From Planctomycetota bacterium (lineage in GTDB: Bacteria; Planctomycetota; UBA1135; UBA2386): DNA of 64,000 nt. The notes under the pieces were generated by a model. That model did no database searches. It had not been told where the DNA came from and worked only from the letters and a program-made list of their open reading frames with translations. The stretch lies in NCBI GenBank assembly GCA_965223545.1, contig OZ245006.1, positions 7,616,001-7,680,000 on the forward strand, read 5' to 3'. Below, one piece after another: positions 40,817-53,809 of the stretch (the first letter of the stretch is position 1; every line of letters starts with the position of its first letter). Position numbers and translations under genes: made by a program.

Positions 40817-42625
40817 ATGGAACGGTTCCAAGCGATCATCCAGCAGATCAAGGCCGCCACCGACTTGGTGGCGTTGATCGAGAGCTACGTGCCGCTGCGT
40901 CCCGCCGGTCGCTACTTCAAGGGGCTGTGTCCGTTCCACCAGGAGAAGACGCCGTCGTTCACGGTCTATCCGGACTCGCAGCACTACAAGTGCTACGGCT
41001 GCGGCGCCTGGGGAGACGCGTTCAAGTTCTTGCAGGAGCGCGATGGCCTGACCTTCCGCGAGGCGGTGGAGACCCTGGCGCAGCGCACCGGCGTGTCGAT
41101 CGAGGGCATGTTCGGCGCGCAACGCGAACCGCGCCGGCGCGGCCCCGACCCGCACGCCGTGCTCGCCTTGGTGCGCGACTACTTCGCGGCGGCGCTGCGC
41201 CAGCCGGCGGGCGAGGTGGTGCGCGGCTATCTGGAGCGCCGCGGCCTGGCGGCGGCGATCGAGCCGTTCGGGCTCGGTGCGCACCCGGCCCGGCCGGGCG
41301 TGTTCGGCCAGTTCGCGAAGGCGCAGAAGCTGCCCCTCGACGTGCTGGAGCAGGCCGGTCTGTTGCGGGCCGGGCGCGAGCCCTTCGCGGGCCGGCTGAT
41401 GTTCCCGATCGAGGACGCCCGCGGCCGGGTGATCGGCTTCGGCGGCCGGGCGATGGACGACGCCAGGGCCAAGTACATCAACTCGCCGGAGTCGCCGTTC
41501 TTCCTCAAGCGGCAGACGCTGTACGGCTTGCCTTTGGTGAAGCGGGCCGGCGAGCGCCAGATCGTCGTCGTCGAGGGCTACACCGACGTCATCGCCTGCC
41601 ACCTGGCCGGCTTCCAGGGCGCGGTCGCGACCCTGGGCACCGCGCTGACGCCCGCGCACGGCGAGATCCTGCGCCGCTACGCCAACGGGGGCGTCGTGCT
41701 GCTGTTCGACGGCGACCGCGCCGGCCGCGCCGCGGCGGAGAAGGCCTACCCCGAGCTGGTCAAGACCGAGCTCGAGGTGCGCATCGGTTTGGTCGGCGAT
41801 GGCGCCGATCCCGCCGATCTGCTCTCGGCGCGGCCCGGCCGCGACGCGGGCGAGATCGACGCCGCCCGCACCTCGTTCGCCGAGCTCCTCGCCGGTGCCG
41901 AGGACGCGCTGCAGATGTGGTTTCGTCTCAAGCGGTTGCGCCTGGATCTGCGCCAGGAAGTGCACGTCGCCGCCGTGGTCGAGGACTGCAAGCAGGTGCT
42001 GGCCGGGATCGACGACCGGATGCGCCGCACGCTGCTGCTCGGTCGGATGGCCCAGCAGCTGGGGATCGACGAGGCCACCCTGCGCCGGTCGATCGGCTCC
42101 CTGAAGCCGCGGGTCGCCACCGCGACCACTTCCACCGGCGCCGTCGCCGCGGTCGGCGGTGACGCGGCGGGCGGAGAGGCGGAGCCGGCGACGCCGCTGC
42201 TGGGCGCCGACCAGGACCTGCTGGCCTGTGTCCTGGCCGCGCCGCCGCTGGCGCCGATGGCCGCCGCCGAGCACGAGCTGGCCGCGCCGGTCGAGCGGCT
42301 GGTCGCCGCCGCCGACACCGCCGTGCAGGGCGGTGCCGACGACACCAATGCGTTGCTGCGAATTTTGTTCGCGCATTGCGCCGAAGACCCCGAATCGGGC
42401 AAGATCTTGGCGGTCTGCGCCGACCTCGCCCGTAGCCTCCAGGAGCCCGAAGAGGCCTTCGACCTCGTCTGCCGCCAACGCCGCGCGTTCCTCGCGCGCC
42501 GCAACGCGCAACAGCTTCGCTTCGAGCTCCAACAAGCCCGCGCCGAGGGAAACCACGATCGCGTTCAGGAACTCACTCGACGCTACGTCGAGGAGCTGCG
42601 CGCGCGCGAGGTTTCTCCACCGTAG
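40817..42625 (+). CDS. dnaG: DNA primase
   Basis: CPFHQEKTPSF...CYGC zinc finger; FGGR, KYINSPES, EGYTD, FDGDRAG TOPRIM motifs. Confidence 0.96.
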   Translation: MERFQAIIQQIKAATDLVALIESYVPLRPAGRYFKGLCPFHQEKTPSFTVYPDSQHYKCYGCGAWGDAFKFLQERDGLTFREAVETLAQRTGVSIEGMFGAQREPRRRGPDPHAVLALVRDYFAAALRQPAGEVVRGYLERRGLAAAIEPFGLGAHPARPGVFGQFAKAQKLPLDVLEQAGLLRAGREPFAGRLMFPIEDARGRVIGFGGRAMDDARAKYINSPESPFFLKRQTLYGLPLVKRAGERQIVVVEGYTDVIACHLAGFQGAVATLGTALTPAHGEILRRYANGGVVLLFDGDRAGRAAAEKAYPELVKTELEVRIGLVGDGADPADLLSARPGRDAGEIDAARTSFAELLAGAEDALQMWFRLKRLRLDLRQEVHVAAVVEDCKQVLAGIDDRMRRTLLLGRMAQQLGIDEATLRRSIGSLKPRVATATTSTGAVAAVGGDAAGGEAEPATPLLGADQDLLACVLAAPPLAPMAAAEHELAAPVERLVAAADTAVQGGADDTNALLRILFAHCAEDPESGKILAVCADLARSLQEPEEAFDLVCRQRRAFLARRNAQQLRFELQQARAEGNHDRVQELTRRYVEELRAREVSPP

Positions 42626-42670
42626 TTGTCCGACCGGTCCTCTACCCCACCTCCCCCTTCGCCTCCTCGC

Positions 42671-44398
42671 ATGGACAAATTCGAAACGGCCATCAAGAGC
42701 CTCATCAAGCGCGCGCGCAAGAGCGCTTCGGTGACACTGGCACAGCTCAACGACGCCCTGCCGGACGACGCCTCGTCGCCGGAGAAGATCGAGGCCGCGA
42801 TGGCGATGATCGAAGATGCGGGGATCGAGATCGTCGAGCGGGTCGGGCAGAAGTCGCCGGCCGCCGAAGCGGCGAGCCGCCGCGGCAAGAAGGGCAAGGC
42901 CAGCAAGGAGCAGGACCCGTTCGAGTCGGAGGACGAGGAGACCGAGGAGAGTTCGGACGAGGCCGCCGAAGCCGAGCTCGCCGCCGCCGCCGCCGCGGAC
43001 ATGACGGAGAAGATCGACGATCCGGTCCGCATGTATCTCACCCAGATGGGTGAGATCCCGCTGCTCACCCGCGAGGAGGAGATCAGCCTCGCGCGCAAGA
43101 TCGAGCTGACCCGCAAGCAGTTCCGCAAGGAGGTGTTGAGTTCGGGGTTCGGCCTGGCCAACGCGATCGAGATCCTGGAGGACGTGGTCCGCGGCGAGCT
43201 CGCGTTCGACCGCACGCTCAAGGTCAACCAGCAGGACCCCGAGATCGGCAAGGCGGACCTGTCCGACCGGCTGCCCGGCAACATCGACACCCTGCGGCGG
43301 ATGTACGACGCCGCCCGGGCGGATTTCGAAACGGTGACGCACAACGGATGCGCGGCGAGCACGGTCACCGAGCTGCGCAAGCGGATCGTCGCCCGCAAGC
43401 GCAAGTGCGTCATCCTGATCGAGGAGCTCAACCTGCAGGGCAAGAAGGTGCGGCCGATGATCGACCTGCTGGAGAGCAGGTTGGCCGAGCTGCGTCGCCT
43501 GGAGCGCAAGCTCAACAGCTACCGGGGCGCGCAGATCAAGAACCCGATCGCCGTCGAGCTGCGCAAGCGCGTCTCCGACCTCGAGGCCGAGGGCTTGGAG
43601 ACGATCGAGAAGCTCGACCGCCGCCTGCAGCTCGTGCGCGGTGCGTATGCCGCCTACGAAGAGGCCAAGCGCAAGCTGTCGTCCGGCAACCTGCGGTTGG
43701 TGGTGTCGATCGCCAAGAAGTACCGCAACCGCGGCCTGTCCTTCCTCGACCTGATCCAGGAGGGCAACACCGGCCTGATGAAGGCCGTGGAGAAGTACGA
43801 GTACCGGCGCGGCTACAAGTTCTCGACCTACGCCACGTGGTGGATCCGGCAGGCCATCACCCGCTCGATCGCCGACCAGGCGCGCACCATCCGCATTCCG
43901 GTGCACATGATCGAGACGATGAGCAAGCTGCGCAACGTCACCAAGAAGCTGATTCAGGCCAAGGGGCGCGAGCCCTCGATCGAGGAGGTCGCGGAAGCGG
44001 CGCAGGTCTCGGTCGAGGAGGCCAAGCGCGTGATGAAGATCAGCAAGCACCCGATCTCGCTGGACCGGCCGATCGGCGAGTCGGACGACTCGTACTTCGG
44101 TGACTTCATCGAGGACGAGGCGGTGGAGTCGCCGGTGTTGGCGGCCAGCCGCGAGATGCTCAAGGAGCGCATCGACAATGTGCTGAGCACGCTGACCTTC
44201 CGCGAGCGCGAGATCATCAAGCTGCGCTACGGCATCGGCGATGGCTACACCTACACGCTGGAAGAGGTCGGTCGGATCTTCCGCGTCACCCGCGAGCGGG
44301 TCCGGCAGATCGAGGCCAAGGCGGTGCGCAAGCTGCAGCACCCGGTCCGGGCGCGGCGTCTTTCCGGCTTTCTCGACGCCAGCCACGAATCGTCGTAG
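42671..44398 (+). CDS. rpoD: RNA polymerase primary sigma factor
   Basis: [54 protein letters not shown]; follows dnaG. Confidence 0.96.
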   Translation: MDKFETAIKSLIKRARKSASVTLAQLNDALPDDASSPEKIEAAMAMIEDAGIEIVERVGQKSPAAEAASRRGKKGKASKEQDPFESEDEETEESSDEAAEAELAAAAAADMTEKIDDPVRMYLTQMGEIPLLTREEEISLARKIELTRKQFRKEVLSSGFGLANAIEILEDVVRGELAFDRTLKVNQQDPEIGKADLSDRLPGNIDTLRRMYDAARADFETVTHNGCAASTVTELRKRIVARKRKCVILIEELNLQGKKVRPMIDLLESRLAELRRLERKLNSYRGAQIKNPIAVELRKRVSDLEAEGLETIEKLDRRLQLVRGAYAAYEEAKRKLSSGNLRLVVSIAKKYRNRGLSFLDLIQEGNTGLMKAVEKYEYRRGYKFSTYATWWIRQAITRSIADQARTIRIPVHMIETMSKLRNVTKKLIQAKGREPSIEEVAEAAQVSVEEAKRVMKISKHPISLDRPIGESDDSYFGDFIEDEAVESPVLAASREMLKERIDNVLSTLTFREREIIKLRYGIGDGYTYTLEEVGRIFRVTRERVRQIEAKAVRKLQHPVRARRLSGFLDASHESS

Positions 44399-44572
44399 CC
44401 CGGCGGCGGTGACGCCCATGGCGTGGCTTCAATCGGCGGGGCGGCCTCGGCTCGGCGCCGCTGGACCGGCGGTGGGCTAAGGGACTGTCCGGCTGTCGGC
44501 CGAAAGGTCGGGGAGTTCGAGCGCAACGGTGCTCGGACCTCGGGGGAGTCTGACTCGGGGGAGTCTGAACGG

Positions 44573-45720
44573 ATGTTGCGAGCGGAAACCCAGGGCGTGC
44601 GGGTCGCCGGTTCAGAGCAGCGGTGCGCCAAGGCCGCCGTCGGCGAGATGGCGGCGGCGCTGCGCCAGCCGGGGTTGGAGCTCGTGACCCTGCACTTCTC
44701 ACCGGACTACGACCGCGACGAGCTCGCGGCGGCGGTCGCGGCGGAGTTCGGTGACGTTCCGGTGATCGGCTGCTCGACCGCGGGGGAGCTGTCGCCCGAC
44801 GGCTACCGCGACGGCAGCATGAGCGGATTCAGCCTGGGCGGGGACGACTTCCGCGCCGCGACCGTGCTGCTCGACGAGCTGCAGAACTTCGAGTTCGAGC
44901 GCGGCGCGGCCGCGGCGCGCGCGCTGCGCGAGCAGCTCGCTGCCCGGGGCCCGGCGCCGCGCGGAGCGAACAGCTTCGGCTACCTGCTGATCGACGGGCT
45001 GTCGGTGCGCGAGGAAGCGGTCGCCAGCTCGCTGTACCAGGGCCTGGGCGACATCGAGATGTTCGGTGGCTCGGCCGGTGATGCCACGTCGTTCCAGAGC
45101 ACGTGGGTGCTGCGCGACGGCGAGCTGCAGACCGATGCCGCGGTGTTCGCCCTGGTGCAGACCACGCGGCCGTTCTGCGTGTTCCAGACCCAGCACTTCG
45201 ACCCGAGCACCGAGCGGATGATCGTCACCGAGGCCGATGTCGCCCGGCGCGTGGTCACCGAGATCAACGGCAACCCCGCAGCGGTCGAGTTCGCCCGGTT
45301 GGTCGGTCTCGAGTCCGAAGAGCTCACCCCGATGATCTTCGCCAGCCACCCGGTGGTGGTGCGGATCGGCGGCAAGCCGTTCGTCCGCTCGATCCAGAAG
45401 GCCAACGAGGACCTGAGCCTGACGTTCTTCTGCAGCATCGACGAGGGCATCGTGCTGACCGTGGCCCGGGGCGTGGACATGGCGGCGCGCCTGAGCGAGG
45501 AGCTGGCGCAAGTGCACGCGCAGATCGGTCAGCCCGACCTCGTCATCGGCTGCGATTGCATCCTGCGCAAGCTCGAGATGGAGCAGAAGTCGCTGACCGA
45601 CGAGGTGTTCGACGTGCTGCGGGGCAGCAACGTCGTCGGCTTCAGCACGTATGGGGAACAGTACAACGGAATGCACGTCAATCAGACGTTCACCGGGGTC
45701 GCGATCGGCGCGGACGAATC

Positions 45721-45724
<4 letters not shown>
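44573..45724 (+). CDS. FIST-domain sensor (NosP-like)
   Basis: [51 protein letters not shown]. Confidence 0.88.
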
Positions 45725-47928
<2,204 letters not shown>

Positions 47929-48031
47929 CCGCCTGACCCGGTCGTTCGGCCGCGCCCGACGCGTTCCCCACTGCGAAACGTTTCTCTGAGCGGCCTTGCC
48001 GTGTCGGTCGTCCCAGCTATCCTCCCCCTGG

Positions 48032-48739
48032 GTGCACCCCGACATCAAGAAGCTACTCGAGGTCCAGAGGGTCGACCGGACGCTGGCCAGCATCCGGAGG
48101 GACCTGACCTCGTTGCCGGAAGAAGAGCAGCGACGGCGTCAGCAGCTCGACAAGACGCGGCAACGCGCGGAGGCGGCGCAGGCGGAGCTGCAGCGGGCAG
48201 AAGTCGAGAGTCGGGCGCAGGAAAAGGGCATCCAGGCGGCCGACGAGGAGATCAAGAAGCTGCAAGGTCGGCTGAACACCGTCAAGAACAACGCCGAGTA
48301 CCAGGCCACACTGTTCCAGATCGAGGCGGTGAAGAAGGAGCAGAGCTCGATCGAGGAAGAGGGCGTAGAACTGCTCGACAAGCTGGAGACCATGCGCGCC
48401 GAGGTCGAACGACTGAAAGCCGCGCTGACCGACGAAGAGGCGACCTTCGCCAAGTTCCTCGAAGAGGCTTCGACCCTGCGCGCCGAGCGCGAAGGCGAGC
48501 TGGCCAAGGCGGGCGAGGGGCGGGACGCGATGCTCGCCGACATCTCGCGCGATGCCCTCGAGCGTTACAGCTCGCTGTTCGACGTGCGCGACGGCGAGGC
48601 GGTCTGCGCGGTCGAGGGCGAGGTGTGCACCGGTTGCTACACGCGGGTGACGCCCAACGACTTGGCGCGGCTGATGGGCGCATCGAGCATCGTGCAGTGC
48701 GGCTCTTGCCAGCGCATGCTCTACCTGGCTGACGGCTGA
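48032..48739 (+). CDS. Coiled-coil protein with C4-type zinc ribbon (DUF164-like)
   Basis: Long coiled coil, VKNNAEYQA, C-terminal CTGC...CGSCQRMLY. Confidence 0.85.
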   Translation: MHPDIKKLLEVQRVDRTLASIRRDLTSLPEEEQRRRQQLDKTRQRAEAAQAELQRAEVESRAQEKGIQAADEEIKKLQGRLNTVKNNAEYQATLFQIEAVKKEQSSIEEEGVELLDKLETMRAEVERLKAALTDEEATFAKFLEEASTLRAEREGELAKAGEGRDAMLADISRDALERYSSLFDVRDGEAVCAVEGEVCTGCYTRVTPNDLARLMGASSIVQCGSCQRMLYLADG

Positions 48740-48744
48740 GGGCG

Positions 48745-50712
48745 TTGGGCGTACGCGGCGCGATCCACCCGGTCATGGTCGGGACCGCCGGCCACATCGA
48801 TCACGGCAAGAGCTCCCTGGTGCGGGCGCTGACCGGCACCGATCCCGACCGCCTCAAGGAGGAGCAGGAGCGCGGCCTGACGATCGATCTGGGCTTCGCC
48901 AGCCTGAAGCTCAACGACGGCCGGCTGCTCGGGTTGATCGACGTCCCCGGCCACGAGCGCTTCGTGCGCAACATGGTCGCCGGCAGTACGGGTCTCGATC
49001 TGGCGGTGTTGGTCGTCGCCGCCGACGACGGCGTGATGCCGCAGACCGAGGAGCACCTCGACATCATCGATCTCCTCGGCGTCCGCCGCGGTGTGATCGC
49101 GCTGACCAAGATCGACCTGGTCGACGAGGAGGTGGCGCAGCTGGCCGAGGACGAGATTCGCGAGCGCGTGGCGGGGACCGTGCTGCAAGACGCGCCTCTC
49201 CTGCGGGTCAGCTCGACGACCGGCGAGGGCGTGCCGGAGTTGTCGGCGGCGATCGAGGCGTTGGCCTTGGACACGCCACCGCGGCCGGCCACCGGCTCGT
49301 TCCGGATGCCGATCCAGCGCGTGTTCCAGCTCAAGGGTATCGGCACGGTGGTCACCGGCGTGCCGGTGGCGGGCGCGATCGAGTCCGGTGGGCAGGTCGA
49401 GTTCCTGCCGGGTGCGGCGCGCTCCAAGGTCCGCGCCCTGCAGGCGTTCGGCGGCAAGGTGGCGCGCGCCGTCGCCGGCCACAGCGCTGCCCTGTCGGTA
49501 CCCGATGTGCGCGCCAGCGAGCTGTCGCGCGGCGTCGTCGCCGTCTCGCCCGGGGTGTACTCGACCGGCAACGCGGTCGACGTCGAGCTGCGGTTGCTGC
49601 CCCGCGCGCTGCCGTTCGAGCACCGCCGCGAGGTGCGCTTCCACACCGGCACGGTCGAGACGCAAGGCCTGCTGCTGCTGCTGGACCGGGATCGTCTGGG
49701 GCCCGGCGAGGAGGTGGTGGCTCGCGTGCTACTCACCGATTCGTTGTGCTGCGCCCCCGGAGATCGCTTCTTGCTGCGGCTGCAGAACCCCGTGGTGACG
49801 GTGGGCGGCGGCACCGTGCTGCGCCTGCTCGACGCGCCCCGGCGCTATCGGCGGCGCATGCTGAGCGACGAGCTCGAGCGCCTGCACGCGGCGGGCGCCT
49901 CGATCGAGAACCGCGTGCACGAAGAGCTGACCATGGCCGGCGTGCAAGGTCTGACCCCGGGCGAACTCGCCGCGACCCTCGCCATCGACACCGGTGAGGC
50001 GTTGGAGTTGATGCACGAGCTCGATGACGTGCACTTCCATGAGCGCGGCGGCCGCGCGTTCTTGACCGATGTGCTGGCCGGCGGGATCGCCGAGGTGGAG
50101 GCCTCGGTCGGCCGCATGTTGCGCGATCGGCCGCTGGCGGCATCGGTCAAGCGAGCGTCGTTCCGGCACAGCCGCGCGCTGCCGGCGGTGTTGCTCGAGG
50201 CCGCGCTCGACGAGCTCGTCGCCAAGGGCAAGGTCCGCACCGGCACGCAGGGCGTGGTGACCTTCGTCGATCGGCTGAAGCCGCTGTCGCCGGTGGATGC
50301 CGACCGCCTGCGCCGCGTGGAGGCGGTTTGCCAGCAGAGGCGCTTCCGGCCGGCGACCCCGGCCGAAATGGCGGCTGCGGTCGGTGAGTCGGCGTCGGCT
50401 CTGGAGGGGCTGCTGGCGCGCGCCGCCGACGAGGGCCGCATCGAACGCGTGGGCGATCACCTCTACGACGCTGCGACCCTGCGCCGTGCCCTGCGCCGCG
50501 TGCGGCAGAACTGCCTGCGCAACGACGACGTGCTCGACATCCCGTCGCTGCGCGACGAGTTCGACACCAGCCGCAAGTTCCTGATCCCGCTGCTCGAGTA
50601 TGTCGATGGCACCGGTCTCACCCGGTTGCGCGGCGGGGTGCGGGTCTTGCTGCCATCATCGGCAATCGCGGAGCAGCTCGCGGCCGAGGACGGCGCGGCC
50701 GGCGGCGAGTAG
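48745..50712 (+). CDS. selB: Selenocysteine-specific translation elongation factor
   Basis: GTAGHIDHGKS, DRLKEEQERGLTIDLGF, DVPGHERF; C-terminal winged helix TSRKFLIPLLEY. The start may be ATG 48775. Confidence 0.95.
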   Translation: MGVRGAIHPVMVGTAGHIDHGKSSLVRALTGTDPDRLKEEQERGLTIDLGFASLKLNDGRLLGLIDVPGHERFVRNMVAGSTGLDLAVLVVAADDGVMPQTEEHLDIIDLLGVRRGVIALTKIDLVDEEVAQLAEDEIRERVAGTVLQDAPLLRVSSTTGEGVPELSAAIEALALDTPPRPATGSFRMPIQRVFQLKGIGTVVTGVPVAGAIESGGQVEFLPGAARSKVRALQAFGGKVARAVAGHSAALSVPDVRASELSRGVVAVSPGVYSTGNAVDVELRLLPRALPFEHRREVRFHTGTVETQGLLLLLDRDRLGPGEEVVARVLLTDSLCCAPGDRFLLRLQNPVVTVGGGTVLRLLDAPRRYRRRMLSDELERLHAAGASIENRVHEELTMAGVQGLTPGELAATLAIDTGEALELMHELDDVHFHERGGRAFLTDVLAGGIAEVEASVGRMLRDRPLAASVKRASFRHSRALPAVLLEAALDELVAKGKVRTGTQGVVTFVDRLKPLSPVDADRLRRVEAVCQQRRFRPATPAEMAAAVGESASALEGLLARAADEGRIERVGDHLYDAATLRRALRRVRQNCLRNDDVLDIPSLRDEFDTSRKFLIPLLEYVDGTGLTRLRGGVRVLLPSSAIAEQLAAEDGAAGGE

Positions 50713-50924
50713 CCTCTCCGGTGCCCAAACGGCGCTGTCAAGGGGAGTTGCCGATTGCGTCGGCGGCGCTGCTGGCATCGTCTGTCGATGAGCCGGGATC
50801 CGTGCACGACGCTTCCGGCGAAGACCCGGCAGCCCGGCTCGAGTCCGGCCCCTGACGGTGCCGATAGTGAGACCGACTGGCCAGTCCGCGATTTGATACA
50901 AAGCCGTCCCCAGCAGGAGTTCCG

Positions 50925-53171
50925 ATGACCGGCGAAAACGACCCACGCGAAATCTCCGAGGAGAACGAGTTCGACGATCTCGAGGAGTCGTCGTACATCC
51001 TCGAGGATTGGGACGAGATCGACGGCGTCGTTTCGGAGATCAAGGAGGACGTCGGCAAGCAGCTGCGCGAGGCTGCGGGCCTTGACGCGGATGAGGAAAC
51101 GCTCGACGCGGACCCCTTCGGCGAGGCTGGCCTCGACGAAGACGCGGGTGACGACGTCGGCGGTGAGGTCGCGGACGCGATCGACGAAGCGCTGGCGCTG
51201 GTCGACGATCCGCCGGCGTCGGCCGAACCCGCACCCGCGGCCGCCGCGTGGCCCGCGGACGACGGGGACGAGGACGACAGCGATCTGGATGCGTGGTTGG
51301 CCTCGGCGGAGGATCCGTCGTCGGCCGGCGCGCAACCGCCGGCTGCGCCCACTCCCGAGGCGGCTGCCACCGCGCAGCCTTCGGCACCGGCCTCCGCCGC
51401 GGCGGACAGCGACGACGATCTGGGCTTGTTCGATGCTTCGGAGTTGCCCGGAGCCCCCGAGGACTTTCTGTTCGAGCCCGGCCCGACCATCGACACCGGC
51501 CGCGCGACGGCGCGGCGGTTCGACGAGGACGGTGGGACGGCTTGGGGTGGCGCGGCGCAGGACTCCGGCGACATCGGCCTGCCGGGCGGCGACGCGCCGG
51601 CGTTCGCCCCGCCGCCGGCCGGCGACGCCGCGCCGGGCGCCGCTGGCGAGGGACAGAGCTTCGACTCGTTGGAGACGTTCGAGGCCTTCGATCCGGGCGA
51701 TTCGCTGGACGACGTGACCAGCTTCGACATCGAGGAAGAGCCCGCGTTCGCCGCGCCGCCCACCCCGTCGTTTGCCGGCTCCGCGCCGGCGGACAACGTC
51801 CACAGTGTCTCTCTCGATGACGAGGCCGAGGACTGGGGCGATGAGGAGTCGGTTGCCGAGGACCAGGGCGACTGGGCGGAAGGCGACGACGACTGGCGCG
51901 ACGACAACGAGGAATACACCTCGGACTCCGACCCGATCTACGGCGAAGAAGGCGACGAGGACTACGACGGCGAGGAGGTGGCTGGCGAGTTCGACGGCGA
52001 CGACTACGCCGACGACTTCGAGGACTTCGACGACTACGCCGAGCCGGAGATCGGTGCGCAGGAGCGCCTCGACTTCGGTGAGCGCGAGCGCAGCCGCGCG
52101 CCGCTGTGGGCCGCGGCGGCCGCGGCGGTGCTGCTGCTCGGGGGAGCGGGCGGCTACTGGGCCTGGCAACAGCGGCGCGGTACGGCCGAAGACGGCGGGC
52201 AGGTCACCCTGCGGCGCGCCGAGATCGCCCGGCCGGATACGCGGCTGGCAGTGGCGGCTCCGCCGGATGCGCTGCCCGATGCAGTCGCGACGCTGACCCC
52301 GCCGGCGATCGACGTCCCGGTGCCGGAGCAGGGCGACCCGACCGAGGTCGATCCCATCGAGATCGACCCCCTGGTGGCAATTCCGCAGGGCGACCCAGAG
52401 ACCGACCCGCAGACCGACCCAGAGACCGACCCACAGGGCGATCCCGGTGCGGTGGCGCAAGCGGATCCGCCGCCAGGTGGCCAGACCGATCCGGGTGGAG
52501 AGGCGCTGCCGCAGGGCGGTGACCCGTCGGTGACGATCGCCGACCCGACGTTGCCGCCGGTCTCACCGCCCTCCCAAGCGGCGCGGCCGACCGAGGAGGC
52601 GCCGTTGGCGATCGGAGACGAGCTCGAGATCGGCGGCGAATCGGCCTTCGCCGGAATCGTCGACGCGCAGCCGCCGGCGCTCGAGGTCGATCTGGTCGCC
52701 GGCGATCACGCCTTTGCCGAGCTGAAGAACGGCAACTACTTCATCGGCAACGTCAAGGCCCTGGACGCGAACGACATCACCCTGCGGCTCGAGGCAGGCG
52801 AAGTGACGCTGCCGTTCACCGTGCTGCGTCAGGTCGGCTCCGTGGACAGCGAGGAGTTCACCCAGCTGCGCCAGCAGCGCACTGGATTCATCCGGCTCAA
52901 CAACCAGAACCGGATCCGCGGCGGCATCTCGGCGCGGGGCGATGGGCGCGACGTCGCCATCGGCCAGCACGCGCGCGTGGTGATCCCGGACACCGAGATC
53001 ATGGAGATCACGGACGAGGACCCCGCCGGCGTGCGGCTCGGCGAGGAGAGCGACGACGAGTGGGTGCGCAGCCTGGTCCGCGAGCGACTGCGCAAGCAAG
53101 CCGCTCCGCGCGCGGCCGAGCCGCCGCAGCCACCGCAGCCGCAGCCGCAGCCGCCGGCCGGCGGCAAGTGA
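50925..53171 (+). CDS. Highly acidic, low-complexity single-pass membrane protein
   Basis: SD AGGAG; Asp/Glu-rich N-terminal ~390 aa; one TM (LWAAAAAAVLLLGGAGGYW); (T/G)DP(E/Q) repeats; beta-rich C-terminal domain. Confidence 0.7.
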   Translation: MTGENDPREISEENEFDDLEESSYILEDWDEIDGVVSEIKEDVGKQLREAAGLDADEETLDADPFGEAGLDEDAGDDVGGEVADAIDEALALVDDPPASAEPAPAAAAWPADDGDEDDSDLDAWLASAEDPSSAGAQPPAAPTPEAAATAQPSAPASAAADSDDDLGLFDASELPGAPEDFLFEPGPTIDTGRATARRFDEDGGTAWGGAAQDSGDIGLPGGDAPAFAPPPAGDAAPGAAGEGQSFDSLETFEAFDPGDSLDDVTSFDIEEEPAFAAPPTPSFAGSAPADNVHSVSLDDEAEDWGDEESVAEDQGDWAEGDDDWRDDNEEYTSDSDPIYGEEGDEDYDGEEVAGEFDGDDYADDFEDFDDYAEPEIGAQERLDFGERERSRAPLWAAAAAAVLLLGGAGGYWAWQQRRGTAEDGGQVTLRRAEIARPDTRLAVAAPPDALPDAVATLTPPAIDVPVPEQGDPTEVDPIEIDPLVAIPQGDPETDPQTDPETDPQGDPGAVAQADPPPGGQTDPGGEALPQGGDPSVTIADPTLPPVSPPSQAARPTEEAPLAIGDELEIGGESAFAGIVDAQPPALEVDLVAGDHAFAELKNGNYFIGNVKALDANDITLRLEAGEVTLPFTVLRQVGSVDSEEFTQLRQQRTGFIRLNNQNRIRGGISARGDGRDVAIGQHARVVIPDTEIMEITDEDPAGVRLGEESDDEWVRSLVRERLRKQAAPRAAEPPQPPQPQPQPPAGGK

Positions 53172-53228
53172 GCGCGGCCCCGCCCGATGGCTTGCGGGCG
53201 GCGGGGTTGGTAGCGTTGCGCCCTGTCG

Positions 53229-53753
53229 ATGGCGATCTGTGACGAGTGCGGCAACGACGCCCTCGCCCGGGCGCAGATCGAGGGCCAGTCGGTGCTCGAG
53301 TGCGGACTGTGCGGGGCGATCACCGGCGACGATCCGGCCGTCACCGCGGTGCTGGCGGCGCGGCAGGCACGCGAGCGCGGCTTCGATCCGTCGATCTACG
53401 CGTTGGTGCAGACCCTGGAGCAGCTCGGCGGTCTCTCGGTGGTCGCCGCCGACCCCGGCGACCCCGACGCGCTCGTTTGGCCGTTCGTGCAGCTCGCGGT
53501 CCGCGGCGCGGAGGGCTGGCGCACGGTGGAGAGCGTCGTGCAGTCGCTCGCGCTCAGCGCTGCCGGCCAAGACGTCCACTGGGTGCTGGAGTTGGAGTAC
53601 CGCCGCCGACTGGTGCTCACTCTCAAGCCGCGATTCCACCGCCGGCCGGGCGAAGTGACGGCGACGGCGGTGCGGGACGCGCAGCGCGACCTCGGCCGCG
53701 TGCAGCGCAACCTGGCCGCGCACGCGCGGCTGTCGTGGTGGTCGGCTTCCTAG
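53229..53753 (+). CDS. Hypothetical protein with N-terminal Zn ribbon
   Basis: CDEC...CGLC; ATG start; fills the gap between neighbouring genes. Confidence 0.6.
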   Translation: MAICDECGNDALARAQIEGQSVLECGLCGAITGDDPAVTAVLAARQARERGFDPSIYALVQTLEQLGGLSVVAADPGDPDALVWPFVQLAVRGAEGWRTVESVVQSLALSAAGQDVHWVLELEYRRRLVLTLKPRFHRRPGEVTATAVRDAQRDLGRVQRNLAAHARLSWWSAS

Positions 53754-53809
53754 TCTCGCCGCGCGTCGATCGGCTACCATCGGCGACGCCCCGCGAAACC
53801 GCGACCCCG

